Assembly (NCBI GenBank): GCA_048882325.1
Contig: JBHLRS010000005.1
Coordinates: forward strand, 69,843-133,842
Length of the DNA: 64,000 nt
Direction: 5' to 3'
DNA from: Candidatus Thorarchaeota archaeon
GTDB lineage: Archaea; Asgardarchaeota; Thorarchaeia; Thorarchaeales; Thorarchaeaceae
Position 1 is the stretch's first letter, and each line of letters begins with the position of its first letter. The notes below the pieces were generated by a model. That model saw only the letters and a list, made by a program, of their open reading frames with translations. It did no database searches and was not told the DNA's origin. Below are positions 1 to 9,111 of the stretch, in pieces. Both the position numbers and the translations under genes were made by a program.

Positions 1-120
1 CATCCAAGATTCTTCAACCTCCGCGGAGTATGTTCATTGATGAAGAATAGGTTTCTGGTCAAATTTATTCTCATAAATTCCGAGAGACTGAAATATACTC
101 AGGATGGTGACTTAGTTTGA

Positions 121-3100
121 GTGTTGTACGGGATGGATATCCGAATTAGAGGTGCCTGTGAGAACAATCTCAAGTCAGTGGATGTCGATATAGGTGATGG
201 TCTGACTGTGGTCACAGGTGTTAGCGGATCCGGAAAAACTTCTCTTGTCTTTGACACACTATATCATGAAGCAAGGAGGAGGTTCCTGGATGTCTTTCGT
301 TCCAGTGGTACACGCTTCAGAATGCCGCCTGCGGACGTTAGGTCAATCAATGGAATAGGACCAACCATTGCTGTTGGACAAAACCTTCTCAACCTTAATC
401 CAAATTCCACCTTAGCCTCTGCCTCCGGACTACATCCATTCTTTCGATTACTCTTTGCGAGATTCGGAACCCGCTCCTGTCTGACATGCGGCACGGACCT
501 TCAGGTACTTACAGAGGATGAGATTGTAGGAACAATCAGACAGAATTTGAAGAAGGGCGCAGTTGAGGTCTCGTCTATCCTCATCCATCAGGCAAAGGGG
601 AGTCACAAGACACTCTTAGAACTACTAGTTTCAGAATTCGATACAAAACAAGTCATTGTTGATGGAACACTGTGGAATCAGAGGAAACTGCCGCCAAACA
701 AACCTCATGATATCTCGATACTTATTGGTAGATTTGACCAAGACACAGACACCTCTGAGCTTAGAGAAGCAGTGCAGACAGCGAGAGCTCTTGGTGCTAA
801 TTCGGTCACTATCATAGATGACATGTCCAGCAGAACGGTATCAATGAGCAGTATCTGTGCTCAGTGTGGAACATGGTTTGGTGAGGTTGAACCAAAGCAC
901 TTTGGGATGAAATGTATTCACTGTGATGGCAAGAGATGTGAGAAGTGTAAAGATACGGGACTTCATGAGAAAGCAGCCTCTGTGAAATGGAAAGGGATGT
1001 CTTTTCCAGAGTTGATGTCTCTGTCAGTTGCTGAGACTAATCAGCTCTTTGCGGACACGGATTTGCCGTCTACAGCAAAACGCCTTCAGACAGAGATAAC
1101 ACGTCGACTTGATGCGTTGATGACTGTAGGGTTGGACTACATCCAGCTTAATCGCTCATCTCCAAGTCTCTCACGGGGGGAGTCTCAACGTGTACGACTT
1201 GCAGTTTCATTGACGAGTCGTTTGGAGGACATTGTGCATGTGTTAGATGAACCCACAATTGGGCAGCACCCAGCAGATGTAGAACGATTGATGCCATCGT
1301 TTAGGAAACTAATGGGCCCAGTGATTTTTGTTGAGCATGACAGGGTTGCAGCAGCGCAGGCGGACCGAGCTATCGACATTGGACCCGGCGCGGGTCAGAA
1401 GGGTGGTGAGATTGTCTTCACTGGCACACCCGATGAACTCTGGAATGCACCCACAACTACTGGACAATTCTTCAGTCTGGAGAAACGAGTACCTACCTTG
1501 GAACCACGCGATCCGCCAGAGGAGTTCATCTCAATCAAGAAGGCAGTTCAACATAATTTGAAGGCAATAGATGTGGAGATACCCATTAGTCGCCTCACTG
1601 TGATCACTGGAAGAAGCGGATCGGGAAAGAGCACACTTGTAGAACATGTTCTGGTACCATCTCTTGAGAAAGACCAACCCATTGGGTGCAAGGGTATCAT
1701 GGGCAGGAAACTCAGTCCTGTCTTAGTAGATCAAAAGCCAATTGGCAAGAACCCAAGATCTAATCCAGGGACCTACACAAAATTGTCAGACATTGTGAGA
1801 GACCTCTATGCATCTGAAACAGGTTTCTCCGCATCTCACTTCTCATTTAATCGACCAGAAGGTGCATGTCCAACTTGCAGTGGGATGGGGGCTGTTGAGG
1901 TCAAAATGAGATATCTCCCATCAATCTGGATAACATGTTCCGACTGTGAAGGAAAGCGATTCAAAGAGGAGGTCTTGGAGTCTCAGGTTAAGTTTGGAGA
2001 TCTTGAACTCTCGATTGCGGATTTCTACAATCTCTCAATAACCCAGGTTCATTCCATTCTGTCAGAGGACTCACGACTCAGCGAGAGTAAACGGAAGTCT
2101 GCAAAGAGTATCCTTGACGCCCTGGTCACAGTTGGTCTTGGATATCTGAAGTTGGGACAGAGCAGTCCGAGCCTTTCGGGAGGGGAAGCTCAGAGGGTCA
2201 AATTGACCAAGTATCTCGGAAAGAAGTCGCTAAAGACAAAGTTGCTTATTCTCGATGAGATTTCAACTGGACTCCACCCTAGAGACCTGTTTGGCCTCCT
2301 CACTGTGTTGGACAGGCTCGTCAAAGAAGGAGCTACGATCGTTGTCGTAGAACATAACACAGACATCATCAAGTCAGCAGATTGGATTGTTGATCTTGGC
2401 CCCCTAGGAGGTCCTGCTGGTGGAGAGGTTCTATACTCAGGCCCTCCATCCGGTCTCCGTGATATTGCAGAGTCATATACAGCACAGGCATTGAAGAACG
2501 AGGAAAAAGTGAAACCTCGGAAAAAGCCTGTGAAGACCAACATTATGACTGATCTCATCAGAATCAAGAAAGCACGAGCCAACAATCTCAGGAACATTAG
2601 TGTTGATATCAAGAAATCAAAACTCACAGTTGTCACAGGTATTTCAGGATCGGGAAAATCATCTCTAGTCAGGGACGTCTTACAGGCTGAAGCTGAAAGA
2701 AGGTTCTTGGAATCACTTTCAGTCTATGAACGTCAAGGAACCAGCGAAGGTCCAGAAGCACCTGTTGATAGCGTGAGTGGTCTTGGAGTATCTGTGGCTA
2801 TCTCATCGCGCAGACGACGAGGCGCTGGTTGGTGGGCAGTTTATGAGACTCGTTCCACAGTTGGTTCGGTAACTGAGATTTCGCAACAACTCAATGTCCT
2901 ATACGCAGCAATCGCAGATCGGCTCTGCATGAAATGTGGAACACAGATGGTCCGTTCTGAGAAGTGGTCATGTCAGAAATGTGGTTTGGAACAGCCTCTT
3001 GCTAGTCCACGACTGTTCTCGCCAGCAGTTTATTTCGCAGCCTGCGGGAAATGTAGTGGTGTTGGTCATATCAACACACCAGCGGTCGAGAAACTCATCG

Positions 3101-5022
3101 TCGCACCTGACAAACCACTGTGCAAAGGCGCGATGTATTCTCCCGGTTATTACCCTGGCAAGTATTTTTGTGATCCAAAAAGCGCAGCCGCTGGATTGTT
3201 GATCGCTTTAGGGGAAAAACATGGATTCGATCCACACTCGACTCCTTGGAACGAGATGTCTGATGAAGCAAGAGATGTGTTTCTCTTTGGAGATTCAGAA
3301 AAACTAGCATACTCGTATCTGGGAACACATCGGGGCAAGAGGACGAGGGTTTCTGGCAAGGGAGCATGGCGAGGTTTTTACCGACTTGTAAGTGACTGGG
3401 ATGTTGGTCAGACGTTTACAACTCGCATCACCTGCGAACTATGCAATGGAACGGGTCTCAAGCAGGAATATCTTTCCTTCAAAATAAAGGGTTTCAATGT
3501 GCATGAGATGAAGGACAAGACAGTGAGTGAGCTACGCGAAGTTCTGGAAGACGTCGCAGTTCCAGAGTCAGATGCATTCTATGTATCAGACAATCTACAG
3601 ACAGCCCTCAAGAGGTTGAGGTTCTTAGAGCAGGTGGGTCTTGGTTATATTCATCTGAACAGACAAGCCATAACCCTTTCAGCCGGAGAATCTCAACGCA
3701 TTGTCCTCTCTAGTCTGTTAGGGAGCGGTCTCACATCACTCACGATTCTCTTGGACGAACCATCTCGAGGAATGCATCCCTCTGAAATTAACAGTCTGGT
3801 TCAGGCACTGCAGGAGCTGAAGAAAGAAGGCAACACTCCAATTGTTGTTGAGCATGACCTAGGAGTTATCATGGCGGCTGATGAGCTGATTGACATGGGT
3901 CCAAGAGCTGGGACTGGGGGAGGGAGGATTGTTGCAATCGGCAGTCCTACGGATGTGGCAAAGGGAGATTCTATCACTGCAAAGTGGTTGAATGGAGATA
4001 GGAGGATTGACATATCCGACAATGTGAGAACACCAATTGCATGGATGAAAATCAAAGGAGCAAGGGGTAATAACCTCAAGAATCTGTCAATCGACATTCC
4101 TTTGGGAGTCCTTGTTGGTTTTTGCGGAGTGTCTGGTTCAGGAAAAAGCACACTTCTAATTGACACACTCGCTCGTGCATTAGCTCCGAAGAAGTTCACA
4201 ACCTCAGTCGCATATGAGGAAATTGAACCTGAGGATTATGACAGGATTTCTGATTCTCCTGACAGTGTAATAGTACTAGATCAAGGTCGGAGAGGAATTC
4301 GTTCACCAGGACAGGCTTTGGGAGTCCTGAAATCACTAGTTGATGTATATGCTGACAGTGAGGATGCTGTTTCCCTTGGTATGGACAAAAAAAGACTCTC
4401 TGAGCCTTGTTCATTGTGTGAGGGCACCGGGCGGCTGCGGACTGACCTTGGGTTTCTACCAACAGTGTATACGACATGTGAGGTATGTAGTGGAAGTGGT
4501 AGGTCCCCCGAAACTTGGGATGTGAAGATGTTTGGTGTTTCTCTTCCTGAATTAAACAGTCTGACTCTGGGAGAGATATACGAACTCTTCAAGTACGATG
4601 AGCGTATCGAGAAAAAACTCCGACCTGCACTCGACGTTGGACTTGACTATCTTGTACTCAGACAACCAAGTTGGACTTTGTCAGGGGGAGAGATTCAACG
4701 GTTGAAGATAGCACAGGAGTTGACCAAAAAGACTCAGAAAGGTGCACTCTTCATCCTTGATGAACCCACTGTTGGTCAGCACCTCGAGGATGTTAAACGT
4801 CTGATTGAAGTGCTGCAACGATTAGTGACTGCTGGCAACAGTGTTTTTGTCATAGAACATCACCCACATGTCCTTGCCGCGTGTGACTGGTTGATCGAGC
4901 TTGGTCCAAGGGGAGGTCCGAAAGGGGGATACGTGATCGCAGAGGGGAGTCCGTGGGAAATTAGGAAAATGATGACGCCTACAGCTCCATATATACAAGA
5001 GGTTCTGGAGGGATTGTTATGA
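121..5022 (+). CDS. uvrA: Double-length (tandemly fused) UvrA-family ABC ATPase
   Basis: Four Walker A motifs (GVSGSGKT, GRSGSGKS, GISGSGKS, GVSGSGKS), four ABC signatures (LSRGESQR, LSGGEAQR, LSAGESQR, LSGGEIQR), four Walker B (DEPT/DEIS/DEPS/DEPT), UvrA-type GAxxNNLK starts, CxxC zinc fingers and FSFN motif. Start may be ATG at 133. Confidence 0.92.
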   Translation: MLYGMDIRIRGACENNLKSVDVDIGDGLTVVTGVSGSGKTSLVFDTLYHEARRRFLDVFRSSGTRFRMPPADVRSINGIGPTIAVGQNLLNLNPNSTLASASGLHPFFRLLFARFGTRSCLTCGTDLQVLTEDEIVGTIRQNLKKGAVEVSSILIHQAKGSHKTLLELLVSEFDTKQVIVDGTLWNQRKLPPNKPHDISILIGRFDQDTDTSELREAVQTARALGANSVTIIDDMSSRTVSMSSICAQCGTWFGEVEPKHFGMKCIHCDGKRCEKCKDTGLHEKAASVKWKGMSFPELMSLSVAETNQLFADTDLPSTAKRLQTEITRRLDALMTVGLDYIQLNRSSPSLSRGESQRVRLAVSLTSRLEDIVHVLDEPTIGQHPADVERLMPSFRKLMGPVIFVEHDRVAAAQADRAIDIGPGAGQKGGEIVFTGTPDELWNAPTTTGQFFSLEKRVPTLEPRDPPEEFISIKKAVQHNLKAIDVEIPISRLTVITGRSGSGKSTLVEHVLVPSLEKDQPIGCKGIMGRKLSPVLVDQKPIGKNPRSNPGTYTKLSDIVRDLYASETGFSASHFSFNRPEGACPTCSGMGAVEVKMRYLPSIWITCSDCEGKRFKEEVLESQVKFGDLELSIADFYNLSITQVHSILSEDSRLSESKRKSAKSILDALVTVGLGYLKLGQSSPSLSGGEAQRVKLTKYLGKKSLKTKLLILDEISTGLHPRDLFGLLTVLDRLVKEGATIVVVEHNTDIIKSADWIVDLGPLGGPAGGEVLYSGPPSGLRDIAESYTAQALKNEEKVKPRKKPVKTNIMTDLIRIKKARANNLRNISVDIKKSKLTVVTGISGSGKSSLVRDVLQAEAERRFLESLSVYERQGTSEGPEAPVDSVSGLGVSVAISSRRRRGAGWWAVYETRSTVGSVTEISQQLNVLYAAIADRLCMKCGTQMVRSEKWSCQKCGLEQPLASPRLFSPAVYFAACGKCSGVGHINTPAVEKLIVAPDKPLCKGAMYSPGYYPGKYFCDPKSAAAGLLIALGEKHGFDPHSTPWNEMSDEARDVFLFGDSEKLAYSYLGTHRGKRTRVSGKGAWRGFYRLVSDWDVGQTFTTRITCELCNGTGLKQEYLSFKIKGFNVHEMKDKTVSELREVLEDVAVPESDAFYVSDNLQTALKRLRFLEQVGLGYIHLNRQAITLSAGESQRIVLSSLLGSGLTSLTILLDEPSRGMHPSEINSLVQALQELKKEGNTPIVVEHDLGVIMAADELIDMGPRAGTGGGRIVAIGSPTDVAKGDSITAKWLNGDRRIDISDNVRTPIAWMKIKGARGNNLKNLSIDIPLGVLVGFCGVSGSGKSTLLIDTLARALAPKKFTTSVAYEEIEPEDYDRISDSPDSVIVLDQGRRGIRSPGQALGVLKSLVDVYADSEDAVSLGMDKKRLSEPCSLCEGTGRLRTDLGFLPTVYTTCEVCSGSGRSPETWDVKMFGVSLPELNSLTLGEIYELFKYDERIEKKLRPALDVGLDYLVLRQPSWTLSGGEIQRLKIAQELTKKTQKGALFILDEPTVGQHLEDVKRLIEVLQRLVTAGNSVFVIEHHPHVLAACDWLIELGPRGGPKGGYVIAEGSPWEIRKMMTPTAPYIQEVLEGLL

Positions 5023-6056
5023 CTTGGGTTCCTCTTCTGCTAGCGGACAGGTCTCCCAGCCTTCGTTACTTGGTTCTCACGGAGCTACTAGGTCGAGATC
5101 CTGAGGATACAGAGGTTCAAGAGCTCAAGAAACTCAGAAGCGAGGATGCATTAATTGCCACACTCATTAGCCTTCAGAAAGAAAAAGGTAACTGGAAGAA
5201 TCTAGATCAAGCAGGGTATACTATTGGGGGTTCTGTGAGAGCAACAAGTGCAGCACTCATGCGACTAGGTTACCTAGGATTGGGAAACGACAATCCAGTT
5301 ATCGAGAGAGCTGCAGAGTATCTTTTCTCGAAGCAACGAAAAGATGGATCATGGCCACTCCCTGAGAGGGTCTCTGATTATGAATTTACACAAGGTCCTT
5401 ACACAATGACACCCGTCCAGACATCGATCCCACTTCTTGGACTAGTCATGTGTGGTTATGGTGGAGATCCACGTGCAGAGCTGGCCTTCGATTGGCTGAT
5501 GGAAAAACGCAATGATGACGGGACATGGCCTGCTGGTAAGGTGGGAGAGGTCAATGTGCGGATTGCAGGATATAGAAGACTCTCACATTCAAAATTAGGT
5601 TGTCGGACAAACACAACAAATGCACTCCTTTGTCTGGCATATCACCCAGTACGACGGAGAAGTTCAGAGGCACGTCAGGCACTTGATCACCTTCTTGGTA
5701 GGGAAACCCGAGAGCGAAACAACCTTGGATTCAATGTTGCGAGATATATCGGAGTGGAACCTCATCGGGGAGCTCTGACATATCATGCCAAGTTCGATCT
5801 CGCATTGATTCTTGATATCTGTTCAAAGGTCGGTGCCAACCGATCCGACCCACGAGTCGAGGACCTTATCGATTGGATTTTAGAGCAGCAAGGACAGTAC
5901 GGTCTGTGGGAGTACACACCACATCCGGAAGTTACTCGCTGGATTTCTTTTGACATACTTAGGACACTTGGCAAAATTGATGACTCAACGGATTGGATCA
6001 GCACTAAAAAGAGGAAACACTTTGCAGCTTATCCACACAAAAAGAGACGGTTCTAG
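5019..6056 (+). CDS. Prenyltransferase/squalene-oxidase-repeat (alpha/alpha barrel) protein
   Basis: Repeated Q/R-xx-DGxW motifs (LQKEKGNW, KQRKDGSW, KRNDDGTW, QQGQYGLW); ATGA overlap with uvrA stop. Confidence 0.7.
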   Translation: MTWVPLLLADRSPSLRYLVLTELLGRDPEDTEVQELKKLRSEDALIATLISLQKEKGNWKNLDQAGYTIGGSVRATSAALMRLGYLGLGNDNPVIERAAEYLFSKQRKDGSWPLPERVSDYEFTQGPYTMTPVQTSIPLLGLVMCGYGGDPRAELAFDWLMEKRNDDGTWPAGKVGEVNVRIAGYRRLSHSKLGCRTNTTNALLCLAYHPVRRRSSEARQALDHLLGRETRERNNLGFNVARYIGVEPHRGALTYHAKFDLALILDICSKVGANRSDPRVEDLIDWILEQQGQYGLWEYTPHPEVTRWISFDILRTLGKIDDSTDWISTKKRKHFAAYPHKKRRF

Positions 6057-6109
6057 TGCAATCATTTTTCAGAGATGGTGTCAGGTCAAATCAGGGAGAG
6101 CTCAACACA

Positions 6110-6427
6110 ATGAGTATTCAGGATAAGTTCGAAGACGAAATGAAGGATATCTGCTCAGAGTATGCAAACTTACTCAGGCAGAAGAAACTGATTGATGAGC
6201 AGTTGGAAACGCTTCATGACTATCTCGAGGTCACCATGCGTAAGTATGATAAAGATGAGTACGATGACCCAAAGATTCCAGTGGTAGTAGACAAGATAGT
6301 CTATACAAGTGAAAGGATGAGAAAGGGAGGGAAAATCAAACTCAAGGAGATACTAACTCCAAAACAATGGACTGAGATCTACAAAGAAAAGGAGGTTGTC
6401 AGTTACAGGGTTTCACTTCGAGAATAG
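6110..6427 (+). CDS. Small charged coiled-coil hypothetical protein
   Basis: ORF 6056-6427; ATG at 6110 after GGGAGAG is the likelier start; Lys/Glu-rich helix then beta-rich tail. Confidence 0.7.
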   Translation: MSIQDKFEDEMKDICSEYANLLRQKKLIDEQLETLHDYLEVTMRKYDKDEYDDPKIPVVVDKIVYTSERMRKGGKIKLKEILTPKQWTEIYKEKEVVSYRVSLRE

Positions 6428-6440
6428 AGAGATGGTGTTG

Positions 6441-6965
6441 ATGAGTGTTAATCGAATTGCAGAGCATCTTATCGACCAGTTCAACAGAAGTTGGAAGATG
6501 CTGCGACAAGCTATTGAAAACGTGCCAGAGGAGAAATGGACTGAACACGTCGAATCCATTGACGTGCCCTGGAACGAAACAAAAGGAATGAATGTCTGGT
6601 ATTTTTCAAATATCGTCTATCATGTCATACAAACGGTCGAGTTCTACGCTTTGGATGATCCTGATGACATGAGATGGGGACATAGGATTGGTGGGATTGA
6701 TTGGAAATCAGAGAGTCCAGAGGTGACATCATCGAAAATCAAGAAGAATGACATGCTTGAATATATGGAGGAAACTATGACATTCTTGAATGATAAATTG
6801 AGGTCCTTCTCAGAGGACGAAATGTTTGAGGCAGATGGGTTTAGTGGATGGCAAGACTCTCGTTTGATGAAGTTCGTCTATACTCTACGACACAGTATGT
6901 GGCACATAGGTGAACTTGGTAGGTCCTTGAGAAACTTTGAGTGTAATCGAATCACATGGCATTAG
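6441..6965 (+). CDS. DinB/YfiT-family four-helix-bundle metalloprotein
   Basis: N-terminal QFxxSWxMLxxAIxxVPEEKW, first His in IVYHVIQ and C-terminal RHSMWHIGEL (HxxxH). Confidence 0.8.
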   Translation: MSVNRIAEHLIDQFNRSWKMLRQAIENVPEEKWTEHVESIDVPWNETKGMNVWYFSNIVYHVIQTVEFYALDDPDDMRWGHRIGGIDWKSESPEVTSSKIKKNDMLEYMEETMTFLNDKLRSFSEDEMFEADGFSGWQDSRLMKFVYTLRHSMWHIGELGRSLRNFECNRITWH

Positions 6966-7095
6966 ATATTAGATGATGTGCTAGGTACAATCATGGATTG
7001 ATATCATTTCCCTTCTTTCTCTTCATAAACAGGCACACAAGTAGATACTAGGTTTGATAAGGAGTCTGAGGTTAAGTTTGATGAGGAGAAATAAT

Positions 7096-8169
7096 ATGGC
7101 GAGATATGAGTTGGAGAATAAAGCAGACTTTGTCCCAGCTTGGATATCATATCTCTCAACAGCAACAGGGATTCTGAAGGCGCTGGGAGTGAAAACGGAT
7201 CTTGTTGATGTTGGTGGTTACACTGGGTATGCATTTCATCTTAACACTGCAGAACACTCAACGTGTCCATCCGCTCCAACTGTAGCTCCCTTTGACAAGT
7301 TCTCTGAAGGTTTGGAATCATTCGGGTGGAAAATAAAGCAAACTTGGGACAGACCAGGCAAGGATTATAGCCCAAGTGACAATGAAAAGCAGAAAGAGAG
7401 AGCAAGGAACTACTTTTCAGAGGTTAAAGACACTATCAGGAAAACTGGAAGACCTATCGGGATCTGGGGGATACCTGAGATACCGGAGTTTGGTATTGTA
7501 AATGGATTTGATGATGATAATTACATTGTGAGCACATTTCGAAGTCTACCACACATTCCTGTGGATGATAGTCCAATACATCACTTGAATCTAAATGCGC
7601 CAGGTGGTCTCTTCAAGATGGTCTTCGGTGATTCCTTTAAGGCTAGGGGTGATGTGATTCGAGATAGAGAAGCTGTTGCTCGAGGTATTTCCATAGCCAA
7701 GGGTCTGGAGAAAGTTGAGGGATACATTTCAGGACCAGAAGCATTTGATGACTGGGCAAATACATTAGAAGAAGGGATTGTCGCTGGGTCAGAGAAAGAA
7801 AGCAAGGATATGAGGGGAGCAACCCAACTTATGTACCATGGAAACGCGTATGTAGCGCAGTGTACACAAGAAGGTCTTAATCTTGCGTCTGTTTTCCTAG
7901 AACGATTAGCGGATAGACATAGGAACCATTCATTTAGCAAGAACCTAGCCAAAGCCTCAATTGAATATAGGAAAGCTGCAGTTGCGATGCAGGATTTCAC
8001 TGAGTTATTCCCATTCAGCCATGATAAAGACTGGAAGCCTGATGAGTTCCCAGATGATAAAAAGCAGAAAGGAGCTAGAAGTCTAAGGAATGCCAAACCT
8101 CATGTTGAATCAGCTATTCAGCATATGGAAGATGCACTGAAGATGTGGAGTAAGAAACCTCTCAATTGA
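7096..8169 (+). CDS. Hypothetical protein, BtrH-like (papain-like N-domain plus helical C-domain)
   Basis: GYTGYAF...CPSAP, PEFGIVNGFDD and SGPEAFDDW segments resemble BtrH-type proteins; start ATG 7096 after GAGGAG. Confidence 0.5.
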   Translation: MARYELENKADFVPAWISYLSTATGILKALGVKTDLVDVGGYTGYAFHLNTAEHSTCPSAPTVAPFDKFSEGLESFGWKIKQTWDRPGKDYSPSDNEKQKERARNYFSEVKDTIRKTGRPIGIWGIPEIPEFGIVNGFDDDNYIVSTFRSLPHIPVDDSPIHHLNLNAPGGLFKMVFGDSFKARGDVIRDREAVARGISIAKGLEKVEGYISGPEAFDDWANTLEEGIVAGSEKESKDMRGATQLMYHGNAYVAQCTQEGLNLASVFLERLADRHRNHSFSKNLAKASIEYRKAAVAMQDFTELFPFSHDKDWKPDEFPDDKKQKGARSLRNAKPHVESAIQHMEDALKMWSKKPLN

Positions 8170-8287
8170 TACTCTCTTGAATGCGCAAAGGATTCAGGTA
8201 CCTCTGAATGTCCTCAATCAACTCGGTTTTACTGAGAGAGGTAAACTTTACACAGAGTTCTTGCAAGCGTCGATAGGTGGTAAGCCA

Positions 8288-9073
8288 TTGAGTGATGCTT
8301 CAATCAGAATAGCTCCAGCAGAACTTGAAGATGCTGAAACTCTTACAGACATCTGTATCAGAGCGTTTCATAGTGATATTGATTTTGGGACAGATGGGGA
8401 AGGTGGCCCCCCGGGTTACGACTCTGTTGATTGGAACGGACAACGAATCGTAGGGAAATTTGTTGACTACTACAAAATTCTGCTTGATGACACCATTGTT
8501 GGAGGATTCATCTCAGGCTGGAGGAGGACAGGATATAATGTCTGCGAGCGAATATATGTTGATCCTGAAACACAGAGAGAAGGAATAGGTAGTCGCACTT
8601 TCGAACTCATATGGGACCGCTATCCAAGAGCTCAGAGGTGGACACTTGGGACTCCGGAATGGAACACTCGAACTAAGAACTTCTATGAGAAGGTCGGGTT
8701 CACTCAGATTGGATTCACATATGATGTACCAGACTGGAGAGGTCGTTTTTATGAAAAGATCGTGTCTAGTGAGAGTCCCCTACAGGTCACAGCAGACCTT
8801 GAGGAGGGGATGAATAGAGTAGTCATTGATGGGGAGATAAGAAACCTGTCATCGACAAGAGAGGTCCGCTCGAGGTCTGGAGATCCGCTCCAAGTAGCAG
8901 AAGCAGAGTTGGTCGATGATGAAGGCTCAATATCGCTTGTGCTTTGGAATGAGCATATACGTCAGGTCAATTCTGATAGAGTGCGAGTGGAAAGCGGGTT
9001 TGTCAAGAGGTATAGAGACAAATTGCAATTGAGCATAGGAAAGTGGGGTCTAATTATCTCATTAATTTCATAA
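8288..9073 (+). CDS. GNAT acetyltransferase fused to SSB/RPA-type OB fold
   Basis: GNAT motif A (IYVDPETQREGIGS) and motif B (NTRTKNFYEKVGF); C-terminal ~95 aa (DLEEGMNRVVIDGEI...VAEAELVDDEGSISLVLWNE...RVESGFVKRYRDKLQLSIGKWG) match the crenarchaeal SSB/RPA OB pattern. TTG at 8288 after GGTGGT is the probable start (ORF opens at 8177). Confidence 0.8.
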   Translation: MSDASIRIAPAELEDAETLTDICIRAFHSDIDFGTDGEGGPPGYDSVDWNGQRIVGKFVDYYKILLDDTIVGGFISGWRRTGYNVCERIYVDPETQREGIGSRTFELIWDRYPRAQRWTLGTPEWNTRTKNFYEKVGFTQIGFTYDVPDWRGRFYEKIVSSESPLQVTADLEEGMNRVVIDGEIRNLSSTREVRSRSGDPLQVAEAELVDDEGSISLVLWNEHIRQVNSDRVRVESGFVKRYRDKLQLSIGKWGLIISLIS

Positions 9074-9111
9074 TGAGTGACAAAGAATAGAGGATTGTGA
9101 GCTGATCATAA

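Noticed and set aside
1-74. Possible start of a minus-strand gene (MRINLTRNLFF...) running off the window
   Set aside because: Only 24 codons visible and no recognisable motif.
5019-6056. Squalene-hopene or oxidosqualene cyclase
   Set aside because: Single barrel of 345 aa with no DxDD/DCTAE motif.
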